DNA from: Octopus bimaculoides
Taxonomy: Eukaryota
Direction of reading: 5' to 3'
Assembly: GCF_001194135.2 (NCBI RefSeq)
Contig: NC_068997.1
Span: 52,754,814 to 52,818,813, forward strand
DNA: 64,000 bases
A program made the translations under genes and the position numbers. Shown piece by piece: positions 25,661 to 37,304 of the stretch. The notes under the pieces are model-generated. The model saw only the letters and a program-made list of their open reading frames with translations, did no database searches and was not told the origin of the DNA. Positions within the stretch are counted from its first letter, which is position 1, and each line of letters starts with the position of its first letter.

Positions 25661-26130
25661 GTGTGTCCACTGGACGTTTAACCCACCTTACTGTTTCTGG
25701 CACCGAATTACTGCACAAAACTTATTAATGCAGGCATTTTGTTAAATATTCATATTTAATATCGTCATCCCCACCACCACTACCACCTATCACCTCCATG
25801 ACCACCACCACTAACACCACAACCACAACCAATAGCTGTGCTATTATATAACTAATTCTATTATTAATCATCACAACTACCATCAACTACCACCTCCACT
25901 ACAACACCACTGCCAACCCCCATCACAACACTACCTACACACACTGCCACCGTGACCCCTCACCACCACCACCATCACTACCTCTGCTGCTGCTGCTATT
26001 ACTAGCACCACCCTCTTGTTAATTGCATGCATGGCAAACAGCCCATTTAATTATCAGTATGCTGAGAGAGAGAGAGTGGGGTGAGAGGGATTGTTGTGTC
26101 TGTAGCCTTATGCCAGGAGTGTGCAAGGAG

Positions 26131-26180
<50 letters not shown>

Positions 26181-26751
26181 CTGCATTATACATGTCTGTT
26201 TATGTATGTACATCTGTCTAATTTTGTATGCATATAGTTATGTAGCTGTTAGATGTGTGTGTGTATGTAAATTTATGTATATATATATGGCAGTCTAACA
26301 ATGGTTTAACTGATCAAAACTTTGAAGTCACTGTCATCAACATATTTTTTATTTAAGAGTAATCTTTTTCTCTACAAACGTATAAAGTAATCTCTCAGGT
26401 CGACATGAAATTGTTTTTATTATAACTAAACATAAAAGCAAACAAAAATTAACATATGTATATAAATTTTTATATATGCATTTGAATGTGTGTGCATACA
26501 TAAATGTGAATGTGCAGTCGTATATGCACATGTGCTTATACGTATATGTGCGTATGTATGTTTGCATGGCCATATGGACATCTGTGTGTGTGTGTGTGTG
26601 TAAATATTTATATGGGGATAAGCCAATTAGACAGATCAATGTGTGCTCTTTTACTTTCTTCAGTCATTTGACTGTGGCCATGCTGGAGCACCGCCTTTAG
26701 TTGAACAAATCGACACTAGAACTATAGGTGACTGTATATGTGTGTGTATCA

Positions 26752-27537
26752 GCGGCAACTCCAGCACCCGGGCTGTTCAGGGTTAGCCCGAGTATAAATT
26801 TAGTAAAGTGAACGTGTATTTACAAACTGATTTCATTTCTGCCAACACTGATTTCAAGTATGTAATTTCAGCCAGAAACTCAGGCTCCTTTTATTGAGCC
26901 TGGTCGCAGTCCATTTATTTTTGTTCAGTATCTGGCGGTCGTCTTAGAGGTGCCCTGTATCAAAAAATATCATTTGTAACAAAAGTTTTCTCGACATTGT
27001 TCGCATGCACCTGACTTGGGCTCTGAAGTTACAGCCCGAATTGTTATCTATAATCGTAAAAATTAAAAGTAATTCAAATTCAATGTTTTCTTGAAATGAT
27101 AATTTTCTATAGATTAGGATTTAAATTCCAATCTATGAAAAGTTTCTGTTCTACAATATTCTTAAAGGGATGAAACATTATCCAGCAACTCGGGCTAATA
27201 CGAACGAGCCTGGTAGGTGTAATGACTAACTGGCATCTCTTGTCAAGAGTGCAGGTGACAGTCAGATCGCTGATGCTTGTTGTGCACTCTGCCGTCGTTA
27301 CTTGATTGTTGTTATTCCGTGCGTCTGTGAGTAAAGATCAGTTGTGTTTTGCAGGGTTGCTTTGTTTCAAAACTTAACTTAGAAATGGAGAAAGACATTG
27401 TGCTAGATATATAAAAGAAAAATAAGCCATTTGGGGCTGGAAATATTGCAGAAAAACATGAAATTCTTTGAGCAGGCATGTGTCTTAGGCGAAATCTGTG
27501 ATGAGCCCGAGTGACACTGATGACCTGGAGTTGCCTC
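26752..27537. mobile_element. Putative non-autonomous DNA transposon with terminal inverted repeats
   Basis: ggcaactccag (26754-26764) and ctggagttgcc (27525-27535) are exact reverse complements. Repeated cgggct/agcccg subterminal motif. Confidence 0.55.
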
Positions 27538-28073
27538 AGGTGTGTATGTATGTATGTGTGTGTGTTTGTATATGTGTACGTGTGAATATAGGTGGGCAGG
27601 GTAATGGTAAGTAGATGTAATGTTTGTAAACAAGAAAGTACGAGTGCTATATGGTGGTTTGGGTGGCAGTTGTAGTGGTTGTAATGATGTATTTAAGATG
27701 GAAGAGTTGTTGATTAATATGGTACTGGCAGTAGCGGTTCTAGTAGTGTGGGGCATAGTGTTGTTGTTGGTGATTGTATGGCAGGTAGTGTTGTTGTTGT
27801 TGGTGGTAGTGGTGGTAGTGGTGGTAGTGGTGGTGTGATGGTAGAGGAGGTGTTGTTGTTGTTGTTGGTGGTAGTGGTATAGTTTGTAGTACGAGTGGTA
27901 CTTCCACTCCAAGTGAAGTTGGCAATTGTCAAGATAACTGCTGATTAGATATTGAAAAATAAATGTTGATGTGGTGGTGGTGGTGGTGGTATCGGTGACG
28001 ATGATGTTGGTGGGGGTGGTAATGGTAGTTATGATTGCGATTATATTGCTAGATAAATGAAATGTGTATATAA

Positions 28074-28105
<32 letters not shown>

Positions 28106-28597
28106 GTATGTGTATATATGTATGTATGTATATATATATGTCTGTTTGTATATATATATATATATATGTGAAGACAAATTTTGTTGGACGTAATCCAAAG
28201 AGTCACAATGGAAGACTGCCTCAACAACAACAACATCAACGATGATGAATTCTTACATAAGGAAGTAGCGATAGGAAGTTGTGATGTTCATGCCAACAAC
28301 GTTATTATTGATGCAAAGGAAATGATTTCCAACTTGGAATTGAAACTGGATGAAATATTCCGTTCAGCCAGAATTTCGGATGGAAATCACAAACGCTGAA
28401 TTGGATTGGTGTGGGTCAGGTGGGGGACTATGGGCGGCTGTGGTGGTGGTGGTGGTGGTGGAGAGTTGAGGTTCATGTCAGAATTAGATGGTTCCACTCA
28501 GGAACTGAAATTGATGTGCTGTTTTCTTGTATTGCCAAGAGATTTCCCATCTTCAAGCATTCTCTTCTAAGTGCAAAATTCTTCCGAGGCTTTAGTC

Positions 28598-28668
<71 letters not shown>

Positions 28669-28681
28669 AGACTACACTATC

Positions 28682-29700
28682 AGAACTAGAGGAGAAGTTT
28701 CAGGTGTGGAAGCAAGGTCTAGAATTGAAGGGCCTTAGAGTCAACCTAGCTAAAACCAAAATCCTAATAAGTAGGAAGGTAGATAAAACACAAACCCCTT
28801 CAGGTAGATGGCCCTGCTCAGTATGTAGAAAAGGAGTAGGTANNNNNNNNNNNNNNNNNNNNNNNNNNNNNNNNNNNNNNNNNNNNNNNNNNNNNNNNNN
28901 NNNNNNNNNNNNNNNNNNNNNNNNNNNNNNNNNNNNNNNNNNNNNNNNNNNNNNNNNNNNNNNNNNNNNNNNNNNNNNNNNNNNNNNNNNNNNNNNNNNN
29001 NNNNNNNNNNNNNNNNNNNNNNNNNNNNNNNNNNNNNNNNNNNNNNNNNNNNNNNNNNNNNNNNNNNNNNNNNNNNNNNNNNNNNNNNNNNNNNNNNNNN
29101 NNNNNNNNNNNNNNNNNNNNNNNNNNNNNNNNNNNNNNNNNNNNNNNNNNNNNNNNNNNNNNNNNNNNNNNNNNNNNNNNNNNNNNNNNNNNNNNNNNNN
29201 NNNNNNNNNNNNNNNNNNNNNNNNNNNNNNNNNNNNNNNNNNNNNNNNNNNNNNNNNNNNNNNNNNNNNNNNNNNNNNNNNNNNNNNNNNNNNNNNNNNN
29301 NNNNNNNNNNNNNNNNNNNNNNNNNNNNNNNNNNNNNNNNNNNNNNNNNNNNNNNNNNNNNNNNNNNNNNNNNNNNNNNNNNNNNNNNNNNNNNNNNNNN
29401 NNNNNNNNNNNNNNNNNNNNNNNNNNNNNNNNNNNNNNNNNNNNNNNNNNNNNNNNNNNNNNNNNNNNNNNNNNNNNNNNNNNNNNNNNNNNNATAAAAG
29501 ACACCATTTCGAGCGTGGCCGTTTTCGTGCGGGTGACACGTAAAAGCACCCACTACACTCTCTGAGTGGTTGGCGTTAGGAAGGGCATCCAGCTGTAGAA
29601 ACTCTGCCAAATCAGACTGGAGCCTGGTGTTGCCATCCGGTTTCACCAGTCCTCAGTCAAATCGTCCAACCCATGCTAGCATGGAAAGCGGACGTTAAAC

Positions 29701-29738
<38 letters not shown>
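28682..29738 (+). mobile_element. 5'-truncated RTE-type LINE spanning an N-gap, with (GAT)n tail
   Basis: ELEEKFQVWKQGLELKGLRVNLAKTKILISRKVDKTQTPSGRWPCSVCRKGVG (end of RT domain, GL-x-VN-x-x-KTK, then CxxC). After the gap comes the 3' UTR ...gcatggaaagcggacgttaaac(gat)n. Confidence 0.85.
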
Positions 29739-29739
<1 letters not shown>

Positions 29740-30059
29740 ATATACACATACATACATATATGTATACATATACACATAAGGATAAGCATATTAAAAGGGG
29801 TCCATGGGAAAACTCATTTAGATAAGTGGTTTGGGAACCACTGATCTAACCCATACGGCTGTGAAAAAATTGGTGTTAAACAAATAAATGTTTTCAGTGA
29901 TAGCTGTAACAATACATGCTAACTTTACCGATTATTCTCAGCTTTATATGTATTCTCAAAGATTCCTTATCATTGTTCTTTATTTATAACATACTGTCTC
30001 ATTCCTCATGGTCCCTCAATCTCATAACCATATATGTTTTGTTATTTTAATCCTTAAGG

Positions 30060-30300
30060 AATTCTCTTATGAATGCAATTCTTCAGGTAAGCTTTACTTT
30101 AGGGGAAACCTGTGTCATTGAATACTGCTCTGATCTTGTATTGTTTACAGATTCTTTCTAACTTTTCAGGTCAGATGATTGCAATGAGACACAGGCAATA
30201 GATTATTTTGATTTATTTACCTGTTATTTGATATTAGACTCCAGGTAATATGGTAGTAGACATTTGTATACTAGTCATTGTTTGTAGGTCCTTCAATCGG
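30060..30300 (-). mobile_element. Penelope-like element relic (RT C-terminus / linker before GIY-YIG)
   Basis: Minus-strand PEKLERICKQYKIRAVFNDT (30109-30167) resembles the Penelope SEKI-x-RI-x-K-x-x-x-I-x-x-VF linker. EGPTNND*Y upstream resembles RKPT-x-T-D-x-Y. Heavily decayed. Confidence 0.5.
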
Positions 30301-30692
30301 CACATATAAATCTTTATTTTCCTGATGTTGTAGGTGTCTAATGTTACCATTCCTAACACCATGACCATGGAAAGACCTGTAGTTTTTCTTTTACATAAAC
30401 TTCACTGTTTGCTGTTTTATGTTTAACCTATATTTGTAGCATGTTAGGACACCGGAATTTTCCCTTGATTTCTTGAAATTACCTCCTTTCCTCATTCAGG
30501 GATGTTCACAAGAAAAATTGTTCTAAATTACGGATTTATCATGTATAACATTCAGTACACCCTGTTTCCTTTATGTATTTATGCATGTGTATGTATATGT
30601 GTGTGTGTATATATATATAAAGTAAATATATACATGTGCACACTTTATTATTATTATTATTATCATTATTTTTTTTATTATTGTTATTGTTG

Positions 30693-30905
30693 AGGTGGCA
30701 GGCTGGCGGAATCGTTAGCATGCTGGGTGAAATGCTTAGCGGTATTTCGTCTGTCGCTACATTCTGAGTTCAAATTCTGCCAAGGTCAACTTTGCTTTTT
30801 ATCCTTTCGGGGTTGATAAATTAAGTACCAGTTGCATAGTGGGGTCGATCTAATTGACTGGCCCTCTTCCCCAAAATTTTGGGCCTTGTGCCTAGAGCAG
30901 AACAG
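30693..30905 (+). mobile_element. SINE family 2
   Basis: ggtggcaggctggcggaatcgttagca ... ttctgagttcaaattc (B-box-like) ... taagtaccagt ... ggccttgtgcc, followed by (tta)n. Confidence 0.78.
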
Positions 30906-31203
30906 AAGATTATTATTATTATTGTAGAATTGTTAAGCACGCTGGACAAAAAGCATTGCAACGTTTCACCTGTCTTTGTGTTCTGAGTTCAAATTCTGCC
31001 ACAGTTGACTGTGCCTTTTATCCTTTTGGGATCAATGAAAGTAGAAAGGATTATTGTTATTGTTATTATTATTATTTTCTTTCAATCAGAAGGTTGTTCC
31101 AAAAGACAGAGATCTGTGTATGCTACTTACCAAACTTGATAACAAATTTACATATTCTCACGTATAGTTTTCTCTCCTGATCGTATGTTTGTGTGTGTGT
31201 GTG

Positions 31204-31251
<48 letters not shown>

Positions 31252-31431
31252 CATACACACACACACACCTAATATAAATATAAATGCTTAGCAATCAATA
31301 TAACAATCATGTTTTAAATGGTAATTCCTGACACCCCTATAATGATAATGAACTTGTCCTAGTTTCAACACCAATATCAGATCGTAATCCTTATAATGAT
31401 GTTTCTTTTCATAAAATTCCATTATATCCAG

Positions 31432-31545
31432 GTATGGCCAGGTGATACAGTATTCCCAGACTTCTTTCATCCAAAAGCTTTTTCGTATTGGTACAAAGTG
31501 GCAGCTGACTTCCACAAACTGATTCCTTATGATGGCATTTGGGCA
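31432..31545 (+). CDS. GAA: GAA-like exon (equivalent to human exon 10)
   Basis: atccag/gtaagt. VWPGDTVFPDFFHPKAFSYWYKVAADFHKLIPYDGIWA. 114 nt, phase 0 to 0. Confidence 0.97.
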
Positions 31546-31592
31546 GTAAGTACCATTTCTATATTTCTTTACTTTCTTACAAGAAAATGAAG

Positions 31593-31870
31593 AATTATTT
31601 ACATTATTTACATTTGGTGGATATTTATCCTCATCATGTTTGTTGTTAACATGTTTCGGCTGATATACCCTCCAGCCTTCATCAGGTGTCTTGGGGAAAT
31701 TTCGAACCTGGGTTCTCATTCCTAAGGTATTTTTCGATGTTGTTATTATTATTATTATTATTATTCAGGTCACTGCCTGGAATTGAACTTGGAATCTTGG
31801 GGTTCATAGCCTGCGCTCTTAACCAAACAAGATGAGGACAAATATCCATCAAATGTAAATAATGTAAATA
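31593..31870 (-). mobile_element. Same SINE family (copy C), 5' truncated, followed by an inverted copy of its 3' tail
   Basis: 31593-31824 aligns to copy A. 31825-31870 (aaacaagatgaggacaaatatccatcaaatgtaaataatgtaaata) is the tail in plus orientation. Confidence 0.78.
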
Positions 31871-32339
31871 AGAAGTAAAGTGTTTAGGTCCTTAGATTCT
31901 GTGAAATCATGGCTCTGTGGTAAGAAGCTTGCTTCCGAACCACATGGTTTCAGTCCCACTGCATGGTACCTTGGGAAAGTGTCTTCTACTATAGCCTCGG
32001 ACTGACCAAAGGCTTGTGAGGGGGTATGGTGGATGGAAACTGAAAGAAGCCTGTCGCGTGTGTGTCTTTGTTTCCCCACCACTGCTTGACAACTGGTGCT
32101 GGTGTGTGTGTCTCTGAGTGTGTGTGTGTGTATGTGTGTGAGAGAGAGAGTGTGTGTGTGTGTGTGTGTGTGTTTGCCTCTCACCACTGGCAGATAACTG
32201 TTGGGTTTTTTTCTGTCGCTGTAACCTAGCAGTTCAGCAAAACGCACCAAAAGAGCAAGTAGCAGGCTTATAAGAAATAAATACACACACACACACACAT
32301 GCATTTATGTATTAACGAATTGTTCTTCTGCCATTGCAG

Positions 32340-32427
32340 GATATGAACGAACCTTCTAATTTTGTGGCCGGTTCTGAAGATGGCTGTCTTTACAATAACC
32401 TTAATTATCCCCCTTTTAATTCACCAG
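32340..32427 (+). CDS. GAA: GAA-like exon with catalytic nucleophile Asp (DMNE); followed by a GC donor
   Basis: ttgcag acceptor. DMNEPSNFVAGSEDGCLYNNLNYPPFNSP+g. Donor reads CAG|GCAAGT; only this junction keeps frame with the next exon. 88 nt, phase 0 to 1. Confidence 0.93.
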
Positions 32428-32967
32428 GCAAGTACAAAATAATTTCTTTCTTTTCTCTCTCTCTCTTTCTTCCACTTTCTTCTCATTTTCTCTCGTCTTC
32501 ATTTCTTCATTCTTTTCTGCCAGAACTCAAAGACGATGGTGTATTGAGTTGTTCAGTTGTGGTTGCGTGTGTATGTGTGTGTGTGTTTTATGGGTTGATG
32601 AGACACCATTTGTTTGAAACAAGGCATGGAGCTGGACTTAGGCAGTAAGGTCAGAGAAAGAAGGGCTTTGCCCCTTGGCCTGATGATTAGTTGGGTGACA
32701 AGTTGTCCTCATGTTTTCCTTTATTTATTCATTACTTTGTGACATTTCATGAAAACCTCAGCCACTGATTATAAGTTATAGGAGATAGCTTGGCAAAGTT
32801 GTTGGAGCATCCGATGAAATACCTTACAGTGTATCTTTTGGTGCCTTCCATTCAGAGTTCAAGTCCCAGCTCAGGTCTATTGTGCCTTTCATTCTTCTGG
32901 GAGCCAATAAAAAAAAAAGTACCCGTCCACAGTGGAAATATCAGAGTGACAGACAGGACTCTTTGCC

Positions 32968-33002
<35 letters not shown>

Positions 33003-33949
33003 TGCTTGGAGTTAAAATCTTGCCACATAACCTAATATGTTGCCTTGTTTAATGCCATCACCTGGTCCTTGGTGGACTAATCCATCATGTTACAAAAATT
33101 TTGGTAGGGTCTATGGTTTGAGGATATCATCCTCCCTCCTTCCCTCTTACCTGTCTTGGAGACCTTGTGAAAGTGTCATGGCAACTGTTTTCCCTTTCCG
33201 ATTTAGAGATAATCAAACCAAAGCAAAAACAAAAAAAATAGAAATCATTGCTTTGCAACCATTTGCTGTGGAAACAGTAGCAAGGGATTGTCTGTGCACT
33301 TGTCCTTTGGTATTGAGTACTCTTTAATCCTTGCCTGGTACATACAGACACTCACATACATGCACACATACATACACCACACTACTTTTGTGATTATTCA
33401 TTAGTTTTTTTTTAATATTTTGCTTATTTTTGTTTTTGTTTTTTCATCTTTGATTTCCTGTTGTCTGTCAGTCTTTATTTATTTATCTATCTTCTTACCT
33501 CTCTCTTTATCTATATGATCACATATCTATCTGTCTCTCTATCTATTCAGTTATGTATCTTTCTGTCTGTCTATTTATTTTTTAGCTATCTATGTATCTA
33601 TTATCTATTTTTGTCTCTTTATCTATCTCTCTCTCTCTCTCTATCTATCTATATATCTCTCTCTCTCTATCTATCTGTCTATCCCCCCAGTTATCTATCA
33701 GTCTGTCTGTCTGTCTATCTATCCATCCATCCATTCATTATGCTTCTGTTTGCCTATACATTTTTCTGTTTCTCTAGCTCCTATGTTTATCTGCTTGGCT
33801 GTCTATCTCTCTAATTATCTATCTCTACTTATCTATCTGTCTTTCTTTCTATCTGTGTATTTACTTGTCTATTTCTCTCTCTCTCTCTCTATTTATCTGT
33901 CTGTCTATCTACGTACCTATCTATCCATTTCTCTTTCTCTCTCCTACAG

Positions 33950-34067
33950 CAATCCTTGGTTCTAAACTCTATGAAAAGACTATCTGTCCATCTGCTGCTC
34001 ACAACATCTCCTCACACTACAACCTGCACAATCTCTATGGTTACAGCCACACCAAAATATCTGACAT
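33950..34067 (+). CDS. GAA: GAA-like exon (equivalent to human exon 12)
   Basis: ctacag/gtgagt. (A)ILGSKLYEKTICPSAAHNISSHYNLHNLYGYSHTKISD(M), with the HYNLHNLYG motif. 118 nt, phase 1 to 2. Confidence 0.96.
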
Positions 34068-34467
34068 GTGAGTCTCATTTTCTAAACTGCATCTTTTTAT
34101 GGCATTGTTTATTTTTGTTGTTGTTTCAGTTTTTTTTTTTTTTTNNNNNNNNNNNNNNNNNNNNNNNNNNNNNNNNNNNNNNNNNNNNNNNNNNNNNNNN
34201 NNNNNNNNNNNNNNNNNNNNNNNNNNNNNNNNNNNNNNNNNNNNTATATATATCAGCTGTGGAGCATGGGTCTTCTTGAATACAGCAAGGTGCCAGGCCT
34301 TGTCAGTCCTTTGTCATCTCATCTGGAAGGTTCAGCACCTTGAGGTCGTCCTTCAGTACTTTGTCCTCCTGGGGTTGTCTTTCAGTACTTCATTGTGGTT
34401 TTGATAGGGACATATGTACAAAATAATCTGACCTGTTGTTTTTTTTTATTGTTTTTGTTTTTCCTAG

Positions 34468-34601
34468 GGTTCTTCGGAAGCTTCTCAAGAAAAGAAGTCT
34501 AGTCATCAGTCGGTCAACATATGCAGGAACTGGTGTCTACGGTGGACATTGGTCTGGTGACAATCATGCCGCATGGGAAGACATGTACTATTCAATACCA
34601 G
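34468..34601 (+). CDS. GAA: GAA-like exon with catalytic acid/base Asp (HWSGDN)
   Basis: tcctag/gtgggc. (M)VLRKLLKKRSLVISRSTYAGTGVYGGHWSGDNHAAWEDMYYSIP. 134 nt, phase 2 to 1. Confidence 0.97.
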
Positions 34602-34842
34602 GTGGGCTCCTTTGCACCTGTCTCCTTTTTGCTTCTTTGTTTTTGTTGTTTTGTAGCCTTTAACCTTTCACTTTTAACCTTTGACCTAGAACAAAACGAG
34701 GCCTCACAAATTTTACTAATTGTCAAGTGGTGGGGAGACAGACACACAGACATGCATACATACACATATACATACATATGCATATATAAAATATACGTAT
34801 ATATATGTATATACCTGTAAAATATATGTATACAGGCGCAGG

Positions 34843-35190
34843 CATGGCTGTGTGGTAAGAAGCTTGCTTCCCAACCACATGGTTCCAGGTTCAGTTCCAC
34901 AGCGTGGCACCTTGGGCAAGCGTCTTCTACTATAGCCTCAGGCCGACCTAAGCCTTGTGAGTGGATTTGATAGACGGAAACTGAAAGAAGCCTGTTGTGT
35001 ATATATATGTAAGTATGTTTGTGTGTCTGTGTTTGTCCCCCACCAACATCACTTGACAACTTATGTTGGTGTGTTTACGTCCCCGTAACTTAGCGGTTCA
35101 GCAAAAGAGTTTGATAGAATAAGTACTAGGTTTACAAGGAATAAGTCTTGGGGTCAATTTGTTCGACTAAAGGCAGTGCTCCAGCTTGGC
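34843..35190 (+). mobile_element. SINE family 1, near full length
   Basis: tggctgtgtggtaag A-box-like and ggttcagttcc B-box-like motifs, short TA/GT spacer, 3' module. Confidence 0.8.
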
Positions 35191-35249
35191 TGCAGTTAAA
35201 AGACTACCAAATACTCCACAAGGCACTGGCCTTTATTAATATTAAGGGG

Positions 35250-35460
35250 GCAAGCTGGCAGAATCGTTAGGATGCCAGGTAAAATGCTAAGTAGCATTTC
35301 ATCCAAATTTACGTTCTGAGTTCAAATTTGGCCAAGGTTAACTGTACCTTTCATCTTTTTGGCGTTGATAAATTAAGTACCAGTGAAACACTGGGGTTGA
35401 TGTAATCGACTAGTCCCCTACCCCAAAATTGGTGGCCTTGTGCTTTTAGTAGAAAGGATT
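35250..35460 (+). mobile_element. SINE family 2
   Basis: agctggcagaatcgttag ... ctgagttcaaatt ... (tta)n tail. Confidence 0.75.
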
Positions 35461-35895
35461 ATTATTATTATTATTATTACATGTTTGACTTTTGCTTTGT
35501 AAAAGTTGACTCCAAGCCTCACCCAGAGACCTCAAGAGACAACAAGTTAGAAGTTCAAGTTGGTGTTGTTCTTATTATCATTATTATTATTATTATTATT
35601 TTCATTATTATTATTATAAGACTAGTTGATTGGCTAGTTGATTAAAGGCTGTTAGAGAAAATGCATTGTATTATTTTTTCAGTGCTTTGCATTCTGAGTT
35701 CAAATCTTGCCAAAGTCAACTTTGTCTTCTTTGTCTTTCATTCTTGAAGAGTCAGTAAAATGAAGTACCAGTCAAATATTGGGGGCAATTTAATCAACTA
35801 AACTTTTCTTTACTTCTCTGCTTCACCGTTCCTACATGCTGTAACATTTCTTCAAATTCCTTCTTAAATTTCTCTATTTTCTCTTATTTTCCCAG

Positions 35896-36047
35896 AAATG
35901 CTAAACTTCCAATTATTTGGTATGCCAATGATTGGCGCTGACATCTGTGGTTTCTTGGATCCCACCACAACAGAACTGTGCGTACGATGGACCCAGATTG
36001 GAGCATTTTACCCTTTTATGAGGAATCACAATGGATGGAATTTTCCA
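35896..36047 (+). CDS. GAA: GAA-like exon (equivalent to human exon 14)
   Basis: tcccag/gttagt. (E)[50 protein letters not shown], with GADICGF and FYPF-x-RNH motifs. 152 nt, phase 1 to 0. Confidence 0.98.
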
Positions 36048-36606
36048 GTTAGTTTTGTGACTTTGTCCATTTCTTTTAGACGTGTGTATGTGTGTGTGAG
36101 AGAGAAAGAGAGAACGTAACTCTATATCCATGTATGTATATGTTTATATTTATTATCTTCTTTTATTCAAAGTTTAGGTCAGTGATCCTTTCAACTTTAA
36201 GTCATTATCAAATACTTAATAGAAGTCTATATAAATATGTGTAGATACATTTCTAAGCGTGTGTGTGTGTGTGTCACATGGTTTCGGGTTCAGTGTGTGT
36301 TGTGTTCTTGAGCAAGACACTTTATTGCACGTTGCTCCAGTTCATTCATCTGTAGAAATGAATTGTGACATCACTGGTGCCAAACTGAATCGACCCCTTT
36401 GCCTTTCCCTTGGATAACATCGGTCACATGGAGGACAGGGGAGGCTGGTATGCATGGGCGACTGCGGGTCTTCCATAAACAACCTTGTAGGTGCAATCCC
36501 ATGGTCATTCATCACCAAAGGGGGTCTTTACCCTTTTATATGTGTATGTGTGTGTGTGTGTATATTCATATTTATAACTGCATGTATGTATATTTGTATA
36601 TTGCAG

Positions 36607-36755
36607 GCCCAAGACCCAGCTGTATTCGACGCCCGTGCTCAAAGTGCTATGAGGAAGGTATTACTAACACGCTATAGTCTACTGCCTTATCTCTACACCC
36701 TTCTTCACTACAGCCATCAAGATGGCTCTGCAGTTGTTTGGCCCTTGTTCTTCAT
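36607..36755 (+). CDS. GAA: GAA-like exon (equivalent to human exon 15)
   Basis: ttgcag/gtaagt. AQDPAVFDARAQSAMRKVLLTRYSLLPYLYTLLHYSHQDGSAVVWPLFF(I), with the RY-x-LLPYLYTL motif. 149 nt, phase 0 to 2. Confidence 0.97.
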
Positions 36756-37222
36756 GTAAGTTCTTCTCCCTATCATTTTGTTTTATATAATGCTTGTTAC
36801 CTAATATGGGTATTGGGTAGCGACCACTGCAATCTTTTTAGTCAACAAATATTACAAAAAAAAATGAATTGGATTTTGTATATTTTTGCTTTTAAGACAT
36901 TATACAGTGGTACCTGCTTACAGCTAGGCAGACTGTGGCTGTTGATAGTTAAGTGTCTTGGTCGTGGGCATAGTACAGTGAACTATGGCTGATTTTGGTT
37001 TTACACATTGAAACTGCTTTCTCTGATGAATGTCATTTCGTATTCTTGCTTTTACTGATTCCATTCTTCATCCCCATCATCTCATTCCTCTCTCTCTCCT
37101 TCTCTTTCTCCTTACTGATGTCTTATTTTCCCCCTATTGTGATATCTGTCCACTTATGTCCACTAACGCCCCTTATTCTCACTGTTAATGTCTTCTGTCC
37201 CCTTCTAATCTCTTCTTTCCAG

Positions 37223-37304
37223 AGAACCCAATGAAGAGACCTTCAAGATTGATCGACAGTTTTTGTGGGGCAGTGATCTGATGATCAGTCCAGTCCTGAA
37301 ACCA
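37223..37304 (+). CDS. GAA: GAA-like exon, proximal beta-sandwich
   Basis: ttccag/gtaagt. EPNEETFKIDRQFLWGSDLMISPVLKP. 82 nt, phase 2 to 0. Confidence 0.94.

Noticed and set aside
28181-28399. 72-aa plus-strand ORF with ordinary amino-acid composition
   Set aside because: No recognisable motif or splice context, and it is not part of the GAA frame, which is complete across this intron.
21029-31545. A-to-I editing as a way to restore the canonical Tyr, Pro and Ile residues
   Set aside because: TCA, GGT and GCA cannot become Tyr, Pro or Ile codons through A-to-G changes.
32428-32433. GT donor at 32432 as an alternative to the GC donor
   Set aside because: It adds 4 nt and shifts the frame relative to the next exon.
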